A DNA stretch of 64,000 nt from Antechinus flavipes. Lineage: Eukaryota. The notes beneath the pieces were generated by a model. It worked only from the letters and a program-made list of their open reading frames with translations. It ran no database searches and was not told the DNA's origin. The DNA lies in NCBI RefSeq assembly GCF_016432865.1, contig NC_067399.1, positions 6,572,001 to 6,636,000 on the forward strand, written 5' to 3'. Below, piece after piece: positions 58,393 through 64,000 of this stretch (the stretch's first letter is position 1; each line of letters opens with the position of its first letter). A program made the position numbers and the translations under genes.

Positions 58393-60358
58393 GTAAGCGG
58401 GTTGGGGGGGGGTCCAGAGCCCTCGTGTCCCAGCTCGAGGGGCTTCGGCCTGTAGCGCGGGGAACGGCCCCCTGAGGGGAGATCCCGCAGACAGATCCGG
58501 ACCGTTAGAACTGGAGGGAGCCTGAGGCCCTGGACAAGGCCCTGAGCACGGAGAGGGAGAGAGCAGGTTCTCCGCTCGGGGGCCGAGGTGGGAAGGCGCT
58601 CCGTGGGGAGATCGGAGCCGTCGGAGACGGAGCCATGGCGGCCGCTCGGAGACCCGGAGCCCGAGAAATCGAGGGGAGGAGATGGGCGGGCTCAGGCCAG
58701 GTCGGTGAGCCATGATTAAGCACCTGCTGTGTGCCGGGGTCAGAGAGTGGCAGGAAGCAGGTCCAGAGTGAAGGACTCGCGCTCTAAGGGAGGGGAAGCC
58801 GGGGATTCCCCGCCCACGAGACCCGAGAGGATAAAGGGAAGCTCATGGCGGGAAAGGCGCCGACGGGCGGAGTCTGTGAGACCGTCTGGAAGCCGGGGAG
58901 GGGCAGGCACGGAGAGCGTTAAAGGACGCTGGGAGCTCCTGGGTCGGTGCTGGGGGAGCGAGGAGAGCCCGGCTCTTTGGGGAGGGGGAGACGCGGCCAA
59001 ACCTGAGCTTTGAGAGACGGGTTTGGCAGCCGAGGGGGGAGGGCCGAGGAAGGCGGCCGGTGAGCCACTGCTCCGGGGCTAGGGTTCTAGAGTCCGCAGG
59101 CCGGGCGCTGAAACGCGCCGGAGAGAGCCCTGGACGTGGGCCCAGAAGCGGGGCCGGAACGTGTTCTAAATGGCCTAGAGAGGATCAAGGGGCACCCGGT
59201 GGTCAGCGGGGCGGAGGAGGGGAGGGAGGAGGGAGGAGGGAGGGGGGAGGGGGGAGGACCGGAGTCCCTTTGGAGAGAGCGGTTTCTGTGGGACGACAAG
59301 TCAAAGGCCACAGCGTAAGGGGTGCGGGAGAAGGGGGGAAGGGGAGGCAGCAAGTGCAGCCGCCTTCTCAGAGTTCTGCAGGAAAAGGGAGGAGAGGGAG
59401 GAGGGGGCATCAAACGAGAGTTTTAGACTAGAGGCTTTTGCTGCTGCTTCTCTAACTAGAACCCGGCACTTTAGTCAGAGGCCTGTGTTCCAGGCCCAGC
59501 TGCTCCCTTCCCCGCCCCTGGGAGACCGGCCTTGCCAGAGGGAAGGCGGTTCCTCCTTTGGCCATTGGGGGGCGGCCCGCGCCCGCGGGGGGTGAGGTCG
59601 GGCCCGGTGGAGAGCGCGCCCGGGAAACCTCCCGGCTTCTTACATATCTCGATGGGAGTTTCCCGCCGAGGAATTCTTGCCTTAATGTCCCTGTCAGAGA
59701 AAAAAAAAGGTCAGCGAAGGCGCTTGTTGGTCTGGTTCTTCGGAAGACTTAGGGGCTGCTCTCCGGTACCGGTCTCAAGGCCTTGGCCGTTTAACCGAGG
59801 ACGAAGCGTGTCCCAGACAGGGCCGGGTCCCACATTCTGTGGGGGGGGGGTCGCCAAGGTCTCCCGACTCCAGAGTCTGGGTCTTCCTCCTTCCTCCCTC
59901 CTGGTCCTCTCAGGGCCCCCACGGTCATCCCCCTGTTAGAACCTAAGCCCCTGAGAGAGGGACAGTCTGGCCACTGACATCCCCACCCCCGCCCTAGTGG
60001 CCAGAAGGCAGGCGGTGCTTCTTAAAGGCGCAGGCATTAAGCGATGGGTTCTCACACCAAGGCAGGGGGGAGAAAGGGGCTCTCCTTGTTTTCTGCTCAT
60101 TTCACCCTTTTTTATTCCCCATTTGAGAAAAGTGCTTTTTAAGCTTTAGAACCTTATCCTTTTCTCACAAATAAAGAAACTGAGGCCCAGAGAAGGAAGC
60201 CGTGCTCTGATTTCAAGGGTTACAGGTACTTGGCGGCCCAGAAATCACACCCTTTGTCTAAGCAAGTGTTTGAGGGGCCGCAAAGCAGCCGTGGAGGGGG
60301 AGGCCCAGCTCCCAGGTCCGCTGGGTGGGTGACGCTGGGCAAGGCCCTTGGCCTCCAG

Positions 60359-60562
60359 TGCACAAGGAGCCCTTGGGGGCTGTCCAGTGCTCCGCTGCAG
60401 GGGAACGCTGACGAGTGTTAGGGGGTCCCAAGCCCACGGACCCAGGAGAGGGAGCTAGGGTGGGCGGGAGAAGGAGCGATGAGGGCACAAGGAGCCCTTG
60501 GGGGCTGTCCAGTGCTCCAGTGCAGGGGAACGCTGACGAGTGTTAGGGGGTCCCAAGCCCAG
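60359..60562. repeat. Local duplication, two copies, period 125 bp
   Basis: GCACAAGGAGCCCTTGGGGGCTGTCCAGTGCTCC...GTGTTAGGGGGTCCCAAGCCCA occurs twice. Confidence 0.9.
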
Positions 60563-60861
60563 GAACTCTGGGATACGGGGCTGGGGTTGGGCGGGAGAGG
60601 GAGCCATGAGGGCCTGGTGCCAAGAGGCAGGTGCAGATCTCAGTATATCTGGAGAAATGTTTGAGGACTTTGGGGAAATCCCAGGAGTCAGCGCGGCGGG
60701 GATCCCCCTCCCTGTGTGTCCTGCACAAGCTGACCTTCCTGGTCCTCAGTTTCCTCCTCTGGACCATGGCCGGGCCGGGGCAGGTGCCCGCGGAGGCGCC
60801 GAGAGCTGGGACCAGCTGGGCCGGCCCGGAGCTGACCTCCCGCCCGCTGCTTCCCCCGCAG

Positions 60862-60925
60862 GTTCACCACGAAGCACCTGAACGATGAGTCGACCTCCAA
60901 GCAGATCCGAGCCATGCTGCAGTAG
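60862..60925 (+). CDS. CYRIA: CYRIA exon 12 coding part: FTTKHLNDESTSKQIRAMLQ*
   Basis: cccccgcag| acceptor; TAG at 60923-60925. Confidence 0.97.
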
Positions 60926-61384
60926 GGCTCTGTGCACCGGGATCCCACGGGGCCCTGACCTCAGAAGATGTATATGTTTACATAATTTAATACAGATTTA
61001 TGTTAATACTCGTGTATTTACATAACCATTTCCTTCCTGTCACTGAGATGTATGGCTCTCGGGCCCTAACCTGACTGATTCTCGCAGCCCGTAGTGAGAC
61101 ATAAATTTCCTCCGCAGCCCTCCCCTTGACCTTCAGGCAGACAAGCCCCCCCACCCCCGGCCGGGAGAAGTGAGGCTTTGTGCGGGGGCTCAGGAGCTCC
61201 CTTCACCGGCCCCTCGGCTGTCGGCTCCCTCCCTGTCTGGGGCAGCCCTCCTTCCCGGTCCCCGGCCCTGGGGGAGAAACCGAGTTCCAGACGCTCAGCC
61301 AGCCTCCTTCCCGTCTCAGCTGGGCCGAAAGCGAGGCATCTTCTCCCGAGACGGGAACTAAATTTGCTCTAAATGCTTTTAAAA

Positions 61385-61394
61385 ATTAAATAAA
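61385..61394 (+). terminator. Overlapping ATTAAA/AATAAA poly(A) signal (proximal site); the 3'UTR may extend further
   Basis: ATTAAATAAA about 460 nt after the stop codon, in an AT-rich patch. Confidence 0.6.
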
Positions 61395-62149
61395 AATAAG
61401 AAGGGGGGTGTGGAGGCCACGGAGCTGGGGAGCGTCATGGCGCCTTCCCTGGAGGCCACACCCTGTGTGGCGGTCTCCGGCCTGGAGGCAGCCCAGCCTC
61501 GGCGATCTCCATCACCTGCAGGATGGATTTCCTTCTGTCTCTCTCAAGCAGCATCCCAGAGCTCAAGGGAAGAGGGAACCCCTTGCCAGCCCCCTCCTCA
61601 GAAGCCTGAGCTGAATCCCTGCCTTCCCCCCCCAGAAGCCAGAGCTGAGCCCCCTGCCTCCCCCCCCCCAGAAGCCCAAGCTGAGCCCTCTGGACCTTGA
61701 GCTCCATCTTCTCTGGCGGCTGCCCGGCTGAGGGTCTGGATCATTGCAGATTCTTGGGCTTTAATCAGAGCGTCGTGATCGGGAAATGCTTCTGACTCGC
61801 AGTCTCCCTAGACGTCTCCCCCCATGTCTGAGCCCTCCTTCCTGCCTCGAGGACCCATCTGGCAAAACTTTCCTGGAAGACGGAGGGTCCGGCAGGGCCC
61901 CATGAGCCTCATCCAGGAAGGTCGCCCAAAGTCACGTGGGACTCGAGGAGGTAGAACCGAACATTTTGCTGAACTTTCTCCTTTTTACTGATGAGGAAAC
62001 TGAGGCACAAAGAAGGGGAATGGGACCTGCCCGGATCATTCTGGCTCCCAATCCAGTCCCCGGCCCGCTGCTCCCCAGCGTCACGAGACTAGAAAGAGCA
62101 AAACGAGGGGCCGCGTCGGGGGCAGATGGGGAGCCGGACTCCAAGTCAG

Positions 62150-62345
62150 GAAGCGGGCTTTGACTTCCCCCTCACACACATGGTAGCCTGGCAAGTCCCT
62201 TTACTCTTTCAGACTCATTTTCCTCATCTGTAAAATGGAGATAATAATAGCGCCCGCCTCCGGGGTCCTGGGGCAGAGCAAAGGAGACGATATTTCTCAA
62301 GTGTTTAGCAAGTCCCCGAGCCCCGGACAATGTGAGCTCAGATTA
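62150..62345 (+). mobile_element. MIR fragment
   Basis: GGCAAGTCCCTT...TTTTCCTCATCTGTAAAATGGAGATAATAATAG core. Confidence 0.75.
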
Positions 62346-64000
62346 TTTATTGCATTTAGATAACCTTTGATGATTGACGTGATAGGAAGGGGCGGGAGAG
62401 CCCAGGAGGGGCCGTTCTGCTTGACCAGATCCCTGCCGTGGGCTCATTTTGTGGTCGTTGACCGGATTCTCCCCATGGAAAAGTCCCAGTCAGTTTTCTT
62501 TGACGTCAGCCCTTGGGCTGAGCAGAAGGACACGGATGCCTCTGGCTGTGAGCCATCACCCCGTCCAGCCCCTCACCCGCTCACCCTCCACACGGTCATC
62601 CTAACGACTGGACAGTACCGGCCCCTCCTGGAGCTCGGAGATCTCGGCCCACTCACCCCCGACAAACGGCCTCCGGAAGCGCCCTGCAAGGAAAGACGTT
62701 CAGTCCTTCAGAGTCGTCTCATCTTCACGTTCCTAAGTCCAGTTCTTCTCTGTGGGTCCCCGCAGATCGGACCTGACTCCAAGATGGCCACCATGCCCCC
62801 CCCACCCCCATGTGCCCCGAAGCAGCTTCTGGGCGCTGCAGGAGACAGAGAGAGAGCTCTGCGACCCTGGGCACGTCCACAAAATGAGGAAAATGGTTTC
62901 GGCGAAGTCCAAGGGCCCGGACAACTCTACCTAGGGGATTTTATGATTAGGCTTCCCCCAACAGAAGGGGAGATCCCCTAGGACTCTGAGATCTACCTGG
63001 ATCTGGGATCCACCCTGTTGTCTTCCCCGGAGCCAACCCAGCTAATCTAAAATGGAGCAAACACAAGAGGCCAGCAGAGGCCTGGATGCTGCGTCTCGGA
63101 CGTTCGGGCCAGGGCCCCTGTTCTGGGTCCGAGCCAACTCGCCTTCCTGTTGGGCCAGCTCTAGCTTCCATCTATGGATCCCAAGCCCCGCCCCGCCCAT
63201 CCCTAACTATTCTAGTGAATTCTCCCCCCATCCTGTTCCTATGAAGTTTTTTTGTTTGTTGGTTTTTAATCTAAGGGGGAGACTTGAAATCTGCCCCATG
63301 AAATTTCACTTTAATTACTCGGACCCATCATCCATCCTGTCAAGATATTTTGAGGCCCCCGTTCTTTCATTCACAGTGTTTGCTGCCCCTCCCCCTGCCC
63401 CCCACCTTACCATGTCAAACACCTGCTGGCTTTAGAGCTGGGCTGCAGCCTTGGGAGAAAGGAAGCAGCGCCCTCAGCCCGGGCCGCAAACCCAGGCCCG
63501 CTTTACACACAAAAGCCGGTGGGGTGGGTCCCGTCCAGAGTCCCACGGATTGCGAGGAGATGGGCCGGACCGTGCGTCGGAGGCCGGCGTTCTCAGAGTC
63601 CATCCAGACCAGTCCCATCCCATTTCACAGATGAGGAAACGAGGTTCCAAGGAGGTCAAAGTCTTCCGCCTCCATTACCATCTGTGCCTTCGCCAAAGTC
63701 CGCGACGATAAAATCGAACGGAACCAGCTCAAGAACGTTTGCCAGACTCAGGCGCCAGACCACAAGGGGAACGTGGTTCTGGCATCCTGGGTCAGAAAAC
63801 AACAGCTGTCCAAGCGAGCCCACTCCAAAGAGCCGCAAATAAGTCCCAAGGCTCTTAGAAGTAGAAGGGCCCGAGCCCTTCCTGTAGCCGGGACAGTCAT
63901 AGCACAATTAATTCTGGAAAATGAGAGCGTGAATCCTGACCTCCGGACCTGTTCGGGTACATCTGTGGTCCTTGAAGGGCGTGGACGTGAGTGCTGGCCA

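Larger units (their letters stand above)
2292..61410 (+). other. CYRIA: CYRIA (FAM49A) gene span: 2 probable non-coding exons plus 10 coding exons
   Basis: Coding exons of 70+122+106+137+78+117+80+127+71+64 nt sum to 972 nt, with compatible phases and GT-AG introns. The translation matches remembered human CYRI-A at about 97%. The N-terminus [16 protein letters not shown] is A-type (CYRI-B has ...VLTCTDLE). The 5' and 3' ends are inferred. Confidence 0.93.

Noticed and set aside
43143-60925. CYRIB (FAM49B), a retrocopy or a pseudogene
   Set aside because: The N-terminus is A-type ([10 protein letters not shown], no Cys10), nine introns interrupt the CDS, and the ORF is intact at 323 aa. A close CYRIA paralog cannot be fully excluded without synteny.
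63679-63786. Collagen NC1 (COLFI) similarity of ...ELVPFDFIVADFGEG
   Set aside because: Only a few residues resemble COL5/COL11 C-termini, and the conserved cysteines and FGF..GPVCF end are missing.

Overview
This is a vertebrate genomic window, most likely from a dasyurid marsupial, judged from remembered MAR1/WSINE1-type SINEs, MdoRep1-like repeats and a marsupial L1 3' end. One + strand gene fills almost the whole window: CYRIA (FAM49A, CYFIP-related Rac1 interactor A). Ten coding exons (43143-60925) splice with canonical GT-AG sites into an intact 972-nt ORF (323 aa plus stop). The protein begins [23 protein letters not shown] and retains the Rac1-binding R159/R160. A TATA/CpG-island promoter (~2.27 kb), a probable non-coding exon 1 (2292-2467) and exon 2 (31242-31413), and a poly(A) signal at 61385-61394 complete the model. 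By eye the locus is unusually GC- and CpG-rich for a marsupial, and it carries about 20 unrelated minisatellites. Several of these multiply one recognisable functional motif per unit: CCACGTGG E-boxes, a canonical G-quadruplex, cUUCGg hairpins, nuclear-receptor DR4/ERR-SF1 elements, palindromes, and an AG-free tract before exon 4. Other points of interest are a cluster of co-oriented CTCF motifs around exon 10, several cryptic or poison exon candidates, and a possible spliced antisense transcript at the 3' end. There is no prokaryotic content, CRISPR array, tRNA or rRNA gene. All repeat-family names and cross-species comparisons come from memory, not from database searches. Five N gaps limit what can be seen.
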